A stretch of 64,000 nt of DNA from Candidatus Saccharimonadota bacterium (GCA_017464135.1 JAFUEB010000004.1:207049-271048), one strand, 5' to 3'; positions 20,291 to 33,376 are shown, counted from the first letter of the stretch. A program made the numbers and translations. The notes: generated from the sequence alone by a model not told the origin.

Positions 20291-20870
20291 TTGGGGCGGC
20301 CGGTTGTGGTGTTGGGGCTGGAGCTGGCTGTGGAACAGGGGCTGGAGCTGCTGGCGCAGCCGGTGCAGGTGTAGGTGCAGCGGCTGGTGCTGCTGGTGTC
20401 GGCTGTGGAGCTGGTGCAGGTGCAGCAGGAGCAGCAGGTGCAGGTGCAGGTGCAGCAGGAGCAGCAGGTGCAGGTGCAGCGGCTGGAGCAGGAGCAGCTA
20501 CTTGTTTATCACCGAGTACTTCATGAATCGTATTAATAACATCTTCAATACCAACTTGCGATTTAACGAGATAGCGATCGGCGCCGAGACGCTCGCCGCG
20601 TTGACGCTGATCATCGGAGGAGAGAGCAGTCATCATCACGACTTTAATACCGGCAGTTTCTGGTGTCGAACGCAAAATATCAAGCATATCAAACCCGGAG
20701 ATTTTTGGCATCATCACATCAGAAAGAATGAGATTTGGCTTTTCACGAACGGCCATTGCTAAGGCCTCTTCGCCATCACCCGCAGAAACGACTTCATAGC
20801 CTTCTGCTGTTATACGAATACTGTAAATCTCACGAAGCGCAGCATCGTCTTCTACTACCATTACTTTCAT
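20280..20870 (-). CDS. Response regulator: receiver domain plus Pro/Ala-rich tail
   Basis: VEDD, SDVMMP, TA, YLVKS; C-terminal PAAPAAP low-complexity tail. Confidence 0.9.
   Translation of the reverse strand: MKVMVVEDDAALREIYSIRITAEGYEVVSAGDGEEALAMAVREKPNLILSDVMMPKISGFDMLDILRSTPETAGIKVVMMTALSSDDQRQRGERLGADRYLVKSQVGIEDVINTIHEVLGDKQVAAPAPAAAPAPAAPAAPAPAPAAPAAPAPAPQPTPAAPAAAPTPAPAAPAAPAPVPQPAPAPTPQPAAPNGQ
20300..20498. repeat. Coding tandem repeats (GCAGGTGCAGGTGCAGCAGGAGCA-like) encoding a PA-rich tail
   Basis: Imperfect short tandem units within the response regulator 3' end. Confidence 0.7.
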
Positions 20871-22072
20871 TGTGGTTGTACTCCTCCGTTGTTGGTATTA
20901 TTAATTGCTATCATACGTTTTTCGTACTCTTCGCCGGTAATGCGTGGAAGAGAGACGTAAAAAGTTGATCCTTCGCCAAAGGCCGATTCGGCCCAAACGC
21001 GGCCACCCATGGCCTCAACACGTTGTTTTACTAAATACAATCCGAGACCAGTACCGCCAATGGTGCGGGTATCGGAATTGTCAGCACGATAAAACTTTTG
21101 GAAAATGTGTTGCAAATCATCAGACGAAATACCGATGCCGGTATCGGTCACGTTGATTAATACGCGATCACCATCACCAAGCACGTTTACATAAATCGAA
21201 CCGCCGGCTGGGGTGTATTTGATCGCATTATCAATCAAGTTGTCCATGATTTCGTGTAAGAAATTCACGTCGACGTAGCCGTAAACGACTTGGTCGAGAC
21301 GGCGGTCGAGACCGCCCACGGCATTTTGCTTATTGGCGCCAAATTGGAAATTTAGTTTGGCATTTTTCGCCGCAACGAGATAACCATCGGAAATTTGCTT
21401 GACGGTGCCAACCATTTCGACCGGACGAAAAACCGGGCGAAGATGACCATCGTCAAGTTTAGTCACATCAAGTAAATCTTTAAACAAATGGCCAAGGTGC
21501 TGAGAGGCCGCGTGGGCAGCAGCTAAGTAGCCACGAGCGCGCTCGTCAATTGAAGCGGTTTGCGGATTTAAGGCCAGCGACAAATAACCTTCAATTGAAG
21601 CAACTGGCGTACGCATTTCGTGCGAGGCGGTTGAGATAAATTCGGCCTGTTCGCCTTCTTCGGCAAGTTCTTTTGTAATGTCCCTAAAAGTAATAATGCG
21701 ATTACCGCCATCAGCCACAACTACGGAAACGGCAATCGGAATACGTTTACCGGATTTTGTACCAATGAGGCAGGCGGCAAAACGATCAAGCGATTGGCCA
21801 GTCTTCATGGCAATGATGAGTTTATTCTCATTTTCGGGAAGCTCGCGACCTTCTTTAGTCTCGAGTTTAATTAAAAGTCCATAATCAAGCCCAGTGGCGT
21901 TTTCGGCGGTGGCACATTCAGTCATGGCAACGGCAGCCGGGTTAATAAATTGCACGGCACCATTTTTGTTCGTGATAATAACACCATCATGAATCGTCAT
22001 GAGGGCCATTTCAGCAAGCACCGTCTTATCGGCACCTGAGTCTGTCTGATTTTTCTTACTAAAAAGACTCAT
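20867..22072 (-). CDS. Cytoplasmic PAS sensor histidine kinase
   Basis: PAS (DGVIIT..INPAA), ASHEMRTP, NLIDNAIKYT, DTGIGI, GTGLGL. Confidence 0.93.
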   Translation of the reverse strand: MSLFSKKNQTDSGADKTVLAEMALMTIHDGVIITNKNGAVQFINPAAVAMTECATAENATGLDYGLLIKLETKEGRELPENENKLIIAMKTGQSLDRFAACLIGTKSGKRIPIAVSVVVADGGNRIITFRDITKELAEEGEQAEFISTASHEMRTPVASIEGYLSLALNPQTASIDERARGYLAAAHAASQHLGHLFKDLLDVTKLDDGHLRPVFRPVEMVGTVKQISDGYLVAAKNAKLNFQFGANKQNAVGGLDRRLDQVVYGYVDVNFLHEIMDNLIDNAIKYTPAGGSIYVNVLGDGDRVLINVTDTGIGISSDDLQHIFQKFYRADNSDTRTIGGTGLGLYLVKQRVEAMGGRVWAESAFGEGSTFYVSLPRITGEEYEKRMIAINNTNNGGVQPQ

Positions 22073-22122
22073 CCTAAATTTATTTTACCACAAGCTAAAT
22101 AAAATGTGATAAAATTAATTAC

Positions 22123-23832
22123 ATGAATAAAGACGTCGTTTATATCGAACCCGAGGACGATATTACTGATATCATCAGTAAGATCGAGAATTCGAAACAG
22201 AAAATTGTCGCCCTTGTTCCGCCAAAGAAAGCTGGAATCTTACGCAGTATTGTCAACATTAAATTGATTGCGAAGGCCGGAGCGAATGCTAAGAAAACCG
22301 TAGTGCTCGTGACGGTTGATCCTTCAATCGTGAAACTTGCTGCCGCCTCGAAGCTTCCAGTCACTAAAGATTTACAAACTCCACCGACTGTACCACACGA
22401 TAAGCCAGAAATTGAAGAAACGGCGACCGAAAAAGTCGAGGACGAGGAAGAAGAGAAAGAAGACGATAAGAAAATGGAGGAAGCGGAGGCCGAAGCTGAG
22501 GCTGAGGAAGAAGCTAAGGACGACGAAAAGTCCGATGAAAAAGGCAAGAAAAAAGCCAAAAAAGAAAAGAAGGACAAGAAAGAAAAAAAGCTTCCGGATA
22601 ACCCGGTACTTGCTTGGATTGTTTCACATAAAGGCCTTGTAGTGGGGCTTTCAATTGGTCTTGTAGTTCTCATTTTATTCCTAGTTTGGGCGCTGGTGTT
22701 TGCTCCGGCCGTAACAATTACAGTTGGTCGCCGCACTACGACAAATAATTTCTCTGAGAACGTCACTTTTACTGAAAAACTAACCGAAGAAAACGCGAGT
22801 GAAGGTAAATTCTTCCTCGAACAGAAAAAGAACGAAAACAAGATTAAACGCGATGTTGAAGCGACCGGCAAGAAGAATGTCGGCGAATATGCCAAGGGTG
22901 ATGTAGTAGTTTATGCCTACTTCAAACAGTCTGGTACGATTGCAATCAATGCCGGCTCGACTTTCACGCTTTCGAATTTCTCATTTACTTCGACCGAAGA
23001 ACGCAGTCTCAGTTGGTCTGGTAAGAGTGTTGATGAATGTTTGAACGCTGGTCAGCCAACCATTATTACGTCGGGTTGTTTGGTTTCTGGTAGAGTACCA
23101 GTCAAGGCTGTCGCACCAGGTTCAAGTTATAACATTGCTGCTTCAAGCACTGGTTGGTCCACAACTGCTCCGGTAGGTGCCTATACGGACAATGCAATGG
23201 CTGGTGGTACCGACAAGACTATCACTGTCGTAACGCAGGCCGATGTCGACAAAGTAGTTGCGACGATTAAGACTGGCGACAAAGCCGTAGCGAAGAATAA
23301 TTTGATTGAATCAATTAAAGAAGCTTCGAGCGACGAGAATACGATCTTTATTATTGAAAGTAGCTACAAGCAAAGTGTAAGCGATCCGGAAGTGTCACCA
23401 AAGGTTGGTGAGGAAGTGAAGGAGGGCACTAAGCCATCGCTCACCGTCACGATTACGGATTCGATTTATGTAATTGATGAAACGAAGGTACGTGAATTTA
23501 TTACCGAAAAAGCCAAGCTCGCCAATAATTATAAGATTTACCAAATTGGCGATTCAAACAAAGAATATAACGGCCTATTTATCGAGAACTTCATCAAAGA
23601 CCAGGATAAATACACCGGCAAACTAAAGACGACCTACATTTCGGGTCCGTCGGTCACGGAAAATGATATTATCGAAATCGTAAAAGGTAAGGGTATCGGT
23701 ACCGCTACTCATGATCTCCAGAGTGTCGATGGAGTTGAAAGGATTAATATCCAGGGTTCTTATCCATGGGTATCCTCGGTGCCAAATGATCCGGAGAAAA
23801 TCACAGTAAACTTTGAAAAATTAGAGCAGTAG
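22123..23832 (+). CDS. Membrane-anchored conserved hypothetical protein (cytoplasmic N-domain, charged linker, TM, large extracellular domain)
   Basis: N-terminal YIEPEDDITDIISKI...LRSIVNIKLI; E/K-rich linker; one TM; ~370-aa external region. Confidence 0.8.
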   Translation: MNKDVVYIEPEDDITDIISKIENSKQKIVALVPPKKAGILRSIVNIKLIAKAGANAKKTVVLVTVDPSIVKLAAASKLPVTKDLQTPPTVPHDKPEIEETATEKVEDEEEEKEDDKKMEEAEAEAEAEEEAKDDEKSDEKGKKKAKKEKKDKKEKKLPDNPVLAWIVSHKGLVVGLSIGLVVLILFLVWALVFAPAVTITVGRRTTTNNFSENVTFTEKLTEENASEGKFFLEQKKNENKIKRDVEATGKKNVGEYAKGDVVVYAYFKQSGTIAINAGSTFTLSNFSFTSTEERSLSWSGKSVDECLNAGQPTIITSGCLVSGRVPVKAVAPGSSYNIAASSTGWSTTAPVGAYTDNAMAGGTDKTITVVTQADVDKVVATIKTGDKAVAKNNLIESIKEASSDENTIFIIESSYKQSVSDPEVSPKVGEEVKEGTKPSLTVTITDSIYVIDETKVREFITEKAKLANNYKIYQIGDSNKEYNGLFIENFIKDQDKYTGKLKTTYISGPSVTENDIIEIVKGKGIGTATHDLQSVDGVERINIQGSYPWVSSVPNDPEKITVNFEKLEQ

Positions 23833-25544
23833 ATGAGAGTTATTGGGCTAGATGTAGGTGAGAAGCGAATTGGTGTCGCCAAAGCAGACACCAATATTCG
23901 CATTGCTACGCCGGTCGGGTTCTTCAATGTTGATGGCACCGAATGGGCGATGATTGATCGCATCGCCAAGATGAATAATACGAATTTCTTCGTGCTGGGG
24001 CTCCCGCGTAGCAATGAAGGAAATGAGACTAAACAATCTATGTTTGTGCGTCAGTTCGCAAAGAAACTGACCGAAAAGATTCCGAATGCGAAGGTACGCT
24101 TCCAAGATGAGTCACTAACTTCCGTTCAGGCCGAAGAACGTCTCAAAATGCGCAAGAAAGCCTACGAAAAGGGCGATATCGATGCGGAAGCAGCGACAAT
24201 TATTTTACAAGATTTCGTTGAGCATTATAAAGAAGAGCCGGCCCAGCCAGCGCCAGTTGTTGAAACTGCCCCGCTAATTCCGGGCATGAAAGTGGCCGGA
24301 AGCGCGAAGACCGCAGCGCCGGCACCTACTCCGGCAGAGACCCCAAAACCAGTCGCCAAAGTGGCACCAAAAGTTACACCAAAGCCAGCACCAAAGGCTC
24401 CGGTAGTGGATAGTGGTGATGTACTGGAGAGTATAGCCAAGCAACTCTCGGAACCGACTGAAAAGAAGAATATCGTAGCAACCGCCGCCGATAAAGTTAA
24501 GGATGGAGCCGGCAAGATCAAAGATGGCGCCGAGAAATTAGCCGTCGAAACCAAGGCTGCTGCCAAGCGTGAAGGCGACAAAGTCGCTTTGAACGCCAAG
24601 AAAGCCGAACATCACGTTAAAAAATTCTCAAAGAAATTCTTTATTATTTCACCGATCGTATTAGTACTGATTATTGCAGGAATCTGTGGCGGGCTCTATA
24701 TTAAGAAACGTCTCGATGATCGCGCAGCTTATGAAGAATGGGTCAGACAAGAGGAAGCTAAAAAAGCGGCCGAGTTTTGTTTTACCGTGAAACCAGGTGA
24801 AAACATCTTTGACGTTAAGAAAAACTTCAGAAAAGTTAAATTGGTCGGCGAAGACGGAGAGGGTAACAAAGTCTGTGGCGAAAACCTCGAGAATTCCGTG
24901 TCAGTTGAGTATACGGAAGAGCAGATTGCTGAGGCCTTTTCGGCTGATTATGAGAAATCATTTATCCCGAAGGGTGCATCACTTGAAGGATTCCTGTTCC
25001 CAGAAACCTTGCGCTGTGCGGCCGATGGAGATAACCCAGTTCGATCCTGTGTACAGCGTTTCCTCGATGAGACTGAAAAATATATTGTAGAGAACGATCT
25101 CGAGATGGCCTATGCTGCTAGAGGGCTCAGTTTGTTCCAAGGCTACACACTAGCCTCGGTGGTCCAAAAAGAGTCACCATCGCAAGAAATGCCGACCGTG
25201 GCACAGGTGTTTTTGACTAGACTTAGCTATGGTATTCCACTAGGAAGCGATGTGACCGTGAAATATGCACTTGATGTGGCCGATCCAGAGAGAAAGATCT
25301 ATCGCGACAACCAATCTGCGCTTTTGATTGACTCCTGCTACAACACGAGGAAAGTCGCTGGACTTCCGTGCGGACCAATCTCGATGCCAGGAGAAGCCGC
25401 ATTAAAGGCGATAGCCAAGCCATCAGATACGTCTTATCTGTATTTCTTGACAGGAGACGATGGTTTGATGTATTATAGTTATACAGAGTATGAGCATAAC
25501 CAGAATATTTACCTACACTGCCAAGTACTCTGTAATGTATCACT

Positions 25545-25548
<4 letters not shown>
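23833..25548 (+). CDS. YqgF/RuvX nuclease fused via linker and TM to endolytic transglycosylase MltG
   Basis: N: GLDVGEKRIGVA, LGLP, DESLTS, IDAEAATIILQ; C: LEGFLFPET, LASVVQKE, YNTRKVAGLPCGPISMPG, YLYF; single open frame. Confidence 0.88.
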
Positions 25549-28003
<2,455 letters not shown>

Positions 28004-28044
28004 AAATTGCCCTTGACAAAATCGCGCTTATGCTTTATTATGGA

Positions 28045-28192
28045 GGTAAGCTGGTACGCTTCACAGGGGTTCCACTGACAAATAGTGGAGTGTGGAGACT
28101 TACTAAAACAAACAGCGGATTAAAACAAACCAATGTGCCCCAAGGGTGGGCGCGCATCAGCGCGGAGACGGCGAAGACCGTCTCCTTTGTTT
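28045..28192 (+). ncRNA. Candidate structured small RNA of unknown family
   Basis: TTGACA(28013)-17-TATTAT promoter, several stems, intrinsic terminator GGAGACGG-cgaaga-CCGTCTCC-TTTGTTT. Confidence 0.45.
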
Positions 28193-28286
28193 CACCCTTG
28201 TTTTACTTGATTTATTCGCAAAAGTATGCTAAAATATATAAAGTCCAAGAGGCTATAATCAAATCTTATATAAAGGGGGACTTTTT

Positions 28287-28775
28287 ATGCAGAAACCTCT
28301 CGGGAAGAACTTTATGAAAGATCATGGCAAAGAATTGGAAGTGTTCTTACGGAAAGGTATCAACTCGGAGTTCACCGTTCGCGCGGTTGAACGGCCGGAC
28401 GGCCGGCTGTTCCAGTCTTTCAAAGATGGAGACTGGGAATACGAGAATGCTTGGCTCATCGGCGAGCCGTCGAGTGGCGAAACCGTCATTCGCTATAAGG
28501 GTTCGCCCTGCTGGTCGATGTCTTATCGGAGCGAAATGATGGCTTACGCCGACAAGCTCGAGGTTTATGCGTGCTTAAGAGAGGCTCTGAAAAAGCCGAA
28601 CAGTGATGGCTACTTCCGTGGCCCCACCGAGTTCCACACGCGCAAGAACTATTCCTACTACAACGTCCAGCACGGTCCGCTCACTAAATTCAATGGCTAT
28701 GAGTACATCAAGGATATCGATGGCGATGTGGTCTTTCGTATCCACTACAATGGCGGCGTTATCGGCGTTTACTGA
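28287..28775 (+). CDS. DUF5680-like hypothetical protein
   Basis: GDWEY, GETVIRYKG.PCWSMSY, LREALK, FRGP, F.G.E.I, YNGG; own promoter, SD and terminator. Confidence 0.7.
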   Translation: MQKPLGKNFMKDHGKELEVFLRKGINSEFTVRAVERPDGRLFQSFKDGDWEYENAWLIGEPSSGETVIRYKGSPCWSMSYRSEMMAYADKLEVYACLREALKKPNSDGYFRGPTEFHTRKNYSYYNVQHGPLTKFNGYEYIKDIDGDVVFRIHYNGGVIGVY

Positions 28776-28785
28776 TAACCAGCCC

Positions 28786-28815
28786 ACCACCGCTACTAGC
28801 GGTGGTTTTTCTTTT
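28786..28815 (+). terminator. Intrinsic terminator
   Basis: ACCACCGCTA-c-TAGCGGTGGT followed by T-run. Confidence 0.75.
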
Positions 28816-28832
28816 ATGTTATAATATGTTTT

Positions 28833-29501
28833 ATGATTAAGTTTACGATTATTACATTGTTTCAGGAAGCTCTGGAACCGTATCTCAAGACTTCAATGAT
28901 GTGGAAGGCGGTAGATAAGGGATATGCAGAGTTTAATTTTGTAAACTTACGCGAATTTGGGCTCGGCCCGCACCGTTCTGTAGATGATACGCCTTATGGC
29001 GGTGGCGACGGGATGTTGATGCGTTGCGAGCCAGTATTTAATGCGATTGAGTCGGTGAAGGCAAAAGATCCATCCGCGAAGGTAATTGTACCGACACCAG
29101 CCGGGGAAGTCTGGGATCAGAAAAAGGCCGCCGAATTTGCGGCTTCTGGCACCGGCAGGGATGCTCATTACATTATTTTTTGCCCGCATTACGAAGGGTA
29201 CGATGAGCGTATTCTCTCAATTATTGATTATAAATTCTCACTCGGTAAATACGTACTGACGGGCGGGGAATTACCAGCACTCATTATGATTGATTCGATT
29301 GTGCGCCTAATCCCGGGGGTTCTAGGCGGTGAGCAGTCGGCCGAGATTGAGTCGTTTTCCGATGGCGATAATATTGAATACCCGCAGTATACTAAACCTT
29401 ATGATTTTCGTGGCATGACCGTGCCGGACATTCTGCTCTCGGGCAACCATGGCGAAATCGCCAAATGGCGTGCCGAGCATTCGAAAAAAGCTGATTATTA
29501 G
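28833..29501 (+). CDS. trmD: tRNA (guanine37-N1)-methyltransferase
   Basis: VDDTPYGGGDGM, HYEGYDER, YVLTGGELPA, EYPQYTKP, LSGNH. Confidence 0.96.
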   Translation: MIKFTIITLFQEALEPYLKTSMMWKAVDKGYAEFNFVNLREFGLGPHRSVDDTPYGGGDGMLMRCEPVFNAIESVKAKDPSAKVIVPTPAGEVWDQKKAAEFAASGTGRDAHYIIFCPHYEGYDERILSIIDYKFSLGKYVLTGGELPALIMIDSIVRLIPGVLGGEQSAEIESFSDGDNIEYPQYTKPYDFRGMTVPDILLSGNHGEIAKWRAEHSKKADY

Positions 29502-29531
29502 AAAGGAAAAAAGCCGAGGGGAACTCGGCTT

Positions 29532-30050
29532 TTAAACTGCTTCGTGCGGCATCATGCCCAGGAAATTGAGCTCTTCAATGGTCCATTTGAGTTCATCGTA
29601 GGTGCAGTTGTTTTTGGCTTCAAATTGCCAATTTTTCCAGCCATTTAGAAGTGTCGCAACCACTTTGAGATTATTATATCTGCCCTTGATAAACATGCGG
29701 ATTTCGCAACCCGCGCCTGGATAGATGCATTCACCCCGAGAGAGATGTTCCACGATTTCTTGAGCGGCCTTATAGAAAAAGGCCATTTCTTCGGATTTCT
29801 CACAGGGGCGGCAACTTTCCAGACCAAAGAACATCAGGTTCTGATCCATGACGTGCTCGCCGTCGTAACCACTGCAGTGCTTTTCACAGTCTACCATATA
29901 GCGGAAGACCATGTGTGGTTCGAATTTCTCGTGATTCTTGTTATGGGTCTGAAGTAATTCGAGTAAGCTCCTGGTGGCAAGATCCAAGAATTTCATCTCC
30001 TCAACGGGTGTTTTTGAAACAGTTTTTGAAGGTTCGGCTGTCTTTTTCAT
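29532..30050 (-). CDS. Orphan Cys-containing hypothetical protein (stand-alone cassette)
   Basis: TTGACA-17-TATAAT, AGGGGG SD, shared terminator at 29507-29533. Confidence 0.7.
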   Translation of the reverse strand: MKKTAEPSKTVSKTPVEEMKFLDLATRSLLELLQTHNKNHEKFEPHMVFRYMVDCEKHCSGYDGEHVMDQNLMFFGLESCRPCEKSEEMAFFYKAAQEIVEHLSRGECIYPGAGCEIRMFIKGRYNNLKVVATLLNGWKNWQFEAKNNCTYDELKWTIEELNFLGMMPHEAV

Positions 30051-30140
30051 TTTTTATATCCCCCTAAATAGATTTGTAACAGCTACTCTATTATTATACC
30101 ACACTTATGCTAAAATGTCAATCTGAGGTATAATAGAAGT

Positions 30141-32156
30141 ATGTTACTGACCGATTCAGTCGAGAGTTTGAAAGGAATTGGGCCAAAAACGGCGGAAGTC
30201 CTGAAAAAAGCCGGGATTAAGACCGTCCGGGATTTCTTTTATAATCTGCCTCGTGATTATGAGAATTTCGCTGCACCAACCAGTATTTCGGCGATGCGGC
30301 CAGGGAAGGTGGTGATTCGGGGGAAGATCGATTCTTTGTCAAATCGGCCATCACGAAGAAGGCACTTATCGATTACAGAGGGGGTGGTGCGCGACGGCTC
30401 TGGTTCAGTGCGGGTGGTTTGGTTTAATCAGAGTTACCGGATGCGCCAGTTCGATCCGGAAAAAGAGTACTATTTTTCGGGGGTTTACGAACTAAAAAAC
30501 AACCGCTATCAGATTACTTCGCCGTCGGCGATCTTAGTTTCGGATGTCGATGTCGGCTCTGGGCTCGCACCGATTTATGTGGCGCATGGATCGTTAAAAT
30601 CAAATGATTTTAAACGACTAATGAATAATTCCAGGGAAAGATTTAGCGAGATTCCGGATTTGCTACCAACCGTGGCCGCCGGAACACGTAAAGAAGCCTT
30701 GTTTAAAGTGCATTTTCCGGAAAGTGTGGCGGAAGCGACGAGCGGGCGAAACTATTTGGCTTATGAGGAGTTATTTGAGCTGATTTTAGCAGCGAGATTG
30801 AACCGCGAAGAGAACGAAAAACTCCGTGCTACACCAATACCGTTTAATGTCACTAGGGTTCGGGATTTTGTGAGCAAGTTACCCTTTAAATTAACCAACG
30901 CACAACGTAAATCCGCGTGGGAGATCTTCCAGGATATGGAAAAGGATGCACCGATGAATCGGTTACTCCAGGGCGATGTGGGCTCGGGCAAAACGATGGT
31001 GGCGGCGATGGCGGCGTTTGAGGCCGTGTCAGGTGGTAGCCAGGTAGCACTACTTGCGCCAACGGCGATTCTGGCAACCCAGCACTACGAAGGATTGAAG
31101 GATTTGCTGAAACAATTTGGTATTAAAACTACGCTTCTAATTGGCGCAACTAAAGAGAAAGATACTCTCAAGAAGAAGATTATAGACGGTGAAATTGATT
31201 TCGTAATTGGCACGCACGCGCTTCTTACCGATGACACGGAATTTAAGAATTTGGGGCTTGTGATTATTGATGAGCAACATCGGTTTGGTGTGGAGCAAAG
31301 GCAGAAATTGATGCTAAAATCCCCGGATGGGCTCGCGCCACATCTTCTGGCAATGACGGCGACACCGATTCCACGATCGCTTCAACTCACCGTGTTTGGC
31401 GATCTTGACGTTTCGATTTTGAATGAGCTGCCAAAGGGGCGACAACCGATTGAAACAGCGATTTTACCAGAAATTAGCATGCGCGAAAAACTCTATCCGC
31501 ATATGATTCAAACAGTGAAGGCCGGGCAGCAAATTTATTGGATTTGTAAGGCGATTGATGATAACCCAAAAACCGAAACTACCTCGGTAAAATCGCGTGC
31601 CGAGAAACTAAAAAAATTGTTTCCAGATTTTCGAATCGAGTTCTTGCATGGGCGGATGAAGCCGGCTGAAAAGGACGAAATTATGGAACGCTTTGCGAGT
31701 GGTAGAATCGATATTTTAGTCTCAACCACGGTGGTAGAAGTGGGCGTGAACGTGCCAAATGCGACACTCATGGTGATTGAAGATGCCGAGAATTATGGCT
31801 TGGCGCAACTCCACCAACTCCGCGGTCGTGTGGGGCGTGGCAGCGTGAAATCGTACTGCTATCTGATTACGAGCGAGGACAAAGGTCCGTCGAGGCGGCT
31901 AATGGAACTCGAAAAGTCGACCGACGGTTTCTATCTCGCGGAAGTCGACCTAAAACTCCGGGGTCCAGGTGAGATTTATGGATCGCTTCAGCACGGTGCG
32001 TTGGATCTAAGAATCGCGACTTTAACAGATACGAAACTCATTCACAAAGCCCAAACCGACGTGATGGATTTCTTGAAAAATGACGGAAATATGTTAAAAT
32101 ACGAAGAACTCCGTGCTGGTATCTCGAAATATCAGCAACTAACAACTTTAAACTAA
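30141..32156 (+). CDS. recG: ATP-dependent DNA helicase RecG
   Basis: LLQGDVGSGKT, IDEQHRFG, MTATPIPR, QLHQLRGRVGRG, DLKLRGPGE. Confidence 0.97.
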   Translation: MLLTDSVESLKGIGPKTAEVLKKAGIKTVRDFFYNLPRDYENFAAPTSISAMRPGKVVIRGKIDSLSNRPSRRRHLSITEGVVRDGSGSVRVVWFNQSYRMRQFDPEKEYYFSGVYELKNNRYQITSPSAILVSDVDVGSGLAPIYVAHGSLKSNDFKRLMNNSRERFSEIPDLLPTVAAGTRKEALFKVHFPESVAEATSGRNYLAYEELFELILAARLNREENEKLRATPIPFNVTRVRDFVSKLPFKLTNAQRKSAWEIFQDMEKDAPMNRLLQGDVGSGKTMVAAMAAFEAVSGGSQVALLAPTAILATQHYEGLKDLLKQFGIKTTLLIGATKEKDTLKKKIIDGEIDFVIGTHALLTDDTEFKNLGLVIIDEQHRFGVEQRQKLMLKSPDGLAPHLLAMTATPIPRSLQLTVFGDLDVSILNELPKGRQPIETAILPEISMREKLYPHMIQTVKAGQQIYWICKAIDDNPKTETTSVKSRAEKLKKLFPDFRIEFLHGRMKPAEKDEIMERFASGRIDILVSTTVVEVGVNVPNATLMVIEDAENYGLAQLHQLRGRVGRGSVKSYCYLITSEDKGPSRRLMELEKSTDGFYLAEVDLKLRGPGEIYGSLQHGALDLRIATLTDTKLIHKAQTDVMDFLKNDGNMLKYEELRAGISKYQQLTTLN

Positions 32157-32164
32157 GGAGCAAG

Positions 32165-32695
32165 ATGGCACTAAAAAACGGGGAAGCAGTCTATATTACA
32201 GCTGGAATCTACAAGGGAAGGCGGATTATGACGCCAAGGGCTGGTACACACCCGATGGGCGCCAGAGAACGCATCGCGCTCTTTAATATGATTGGTAACA
32301 ATCTTCTCGATTTTGCGGTTTTAGATGCTTACGCCGGCTCTGGAGCTTTGGGGCTCGAGGCGCTCTCGAGAAAGGCCGCCTACGCTGTCTTCATCGAGAA
32401 AAACCGGGCTGCCGCCGAAGTGATTAAGACTAATATTAAAACTCTGGGCAGAGACGACGTGGTTGAAGTATGCCCAGTTTCTAAATATAGTGATGACGAG
32501 GAATATAACCTGGTTTTGGCCGATCCGCCATACGATAAGTTTGATTTAGAAGAAGTTCTACATCTCGTGCAATTTGTAGCCGAAAACGGCATTTTTGTAT
32601 TGTCTCACCCTGGTAATGCACCGGAAATACCGGGCCTAAAACTCTGGAAATCTAACCAGTATGCCGGTGCCACGATTTCGATTTATCATAAATAA
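32165..32695 (+). CDS. rsmD: 16S rRNA m2G966 methyltransferase family
   Basis: ITAGIYKGR, LDAYAGSGALGLEALSR, ADPPY. Confidence 0.88.
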   Translation: MALKNGEAVYITAGIYKGRRIMTPRAGTHPMGARERIALFNMIGNNLLDFAVLDAYAGSGALGLEALSRKAAYAVFIEKNRAAAEVIKTNIKTLGRDDVVEVCPVSKYSDDEEYNLVLADPPYDKFDLEEVLHLVQFVAENGIFVLSHPGNAPEIPGLKLWKSNQYAGATISIYHK

Positions 32696-32798
32696 AAAAA
32701 TAACCATAAACATTTTATTGTCTTTTTGGCAATTTTATTAAAATGCTCTTGTATTTTTTATCAAAGTGTGGTATAATTAGAGGCATAAGGAGTTTTAT

Positions 32799-33236
32799 AT
32801 GTATTATACGAACACCGATTTAGAGAAAGCTGAACGTCGTAAGATCATCACTATTGTTGCAGTAGCGATGGCTCTTATCTTGTTACTCATTGCGGCTATC
32901 ATCATTGTCGCAACCAACAAGTCTAAAAAGAATGTTGGTGGTACTGATAATTCTACCTTCTCGATTGTCGATAGTTCTAAAGATAACAATTCTGACGATA
33001 ATAAGTCTGAAAGTGATTCAAAGACTGAAGACGATAAGAAAGAAGAAACCAGCACGTCTAAGGTCGGTACGGTTTCAACCAAACCAACCACGACGACTAC
33101 CACAACTCCTACGACTTCTACGACCTCCAATCTCCCAAAGACGGGTCCTGAGGATGGTCTCTATCTCGCAGCTGTGCTTGGCTTACTGACAGCCAGCGCT
33201 ACCGCTTACGTAATGTCTAAAAAGCGTAATGCGTAA
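32799..33236 (+). CDS. Small surface protein with N-terminal TM and LPKTG sorting signal
   Basis: TM, S/T/D/K-rich stalk, LPKTG + hydrophobic segment + KKR. Confidence 0.8.
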   Translation: MYYTNTDLEKAERRKIITIVAVAMALILLLIAAIIIVATNKSKKNVGGTDNSTFSIVDSSKDNNSDDNKSESDSKTEDDKKEETSTSKVGTVSTKPTTTTTTTPTTSTTSNLPKTGPEDGLYLAAVLGLLTASATAYVMSKKRNA

Positions 33237-33376
33237 TCAAAAAATAGATCCGGCCTCGAAGCCGGATTTATTTTTTTCTCTGAGTATGTTATAATTTGTT
33301 TTACGCAGAGCCCGTTCAATGCGGGCGAGTGTAGTTAACAAGAGCCCGTTCGCGTTAGCGCGGGCGAGCGTAGCGA

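Noticed and set aside
20300-20498. Tandem repeats as a CRISPR array
   Set aside because: No unique spacers; they are codon repeats for a Pro/Ala tail. No CRISPR array or cas gene was seen in the window.
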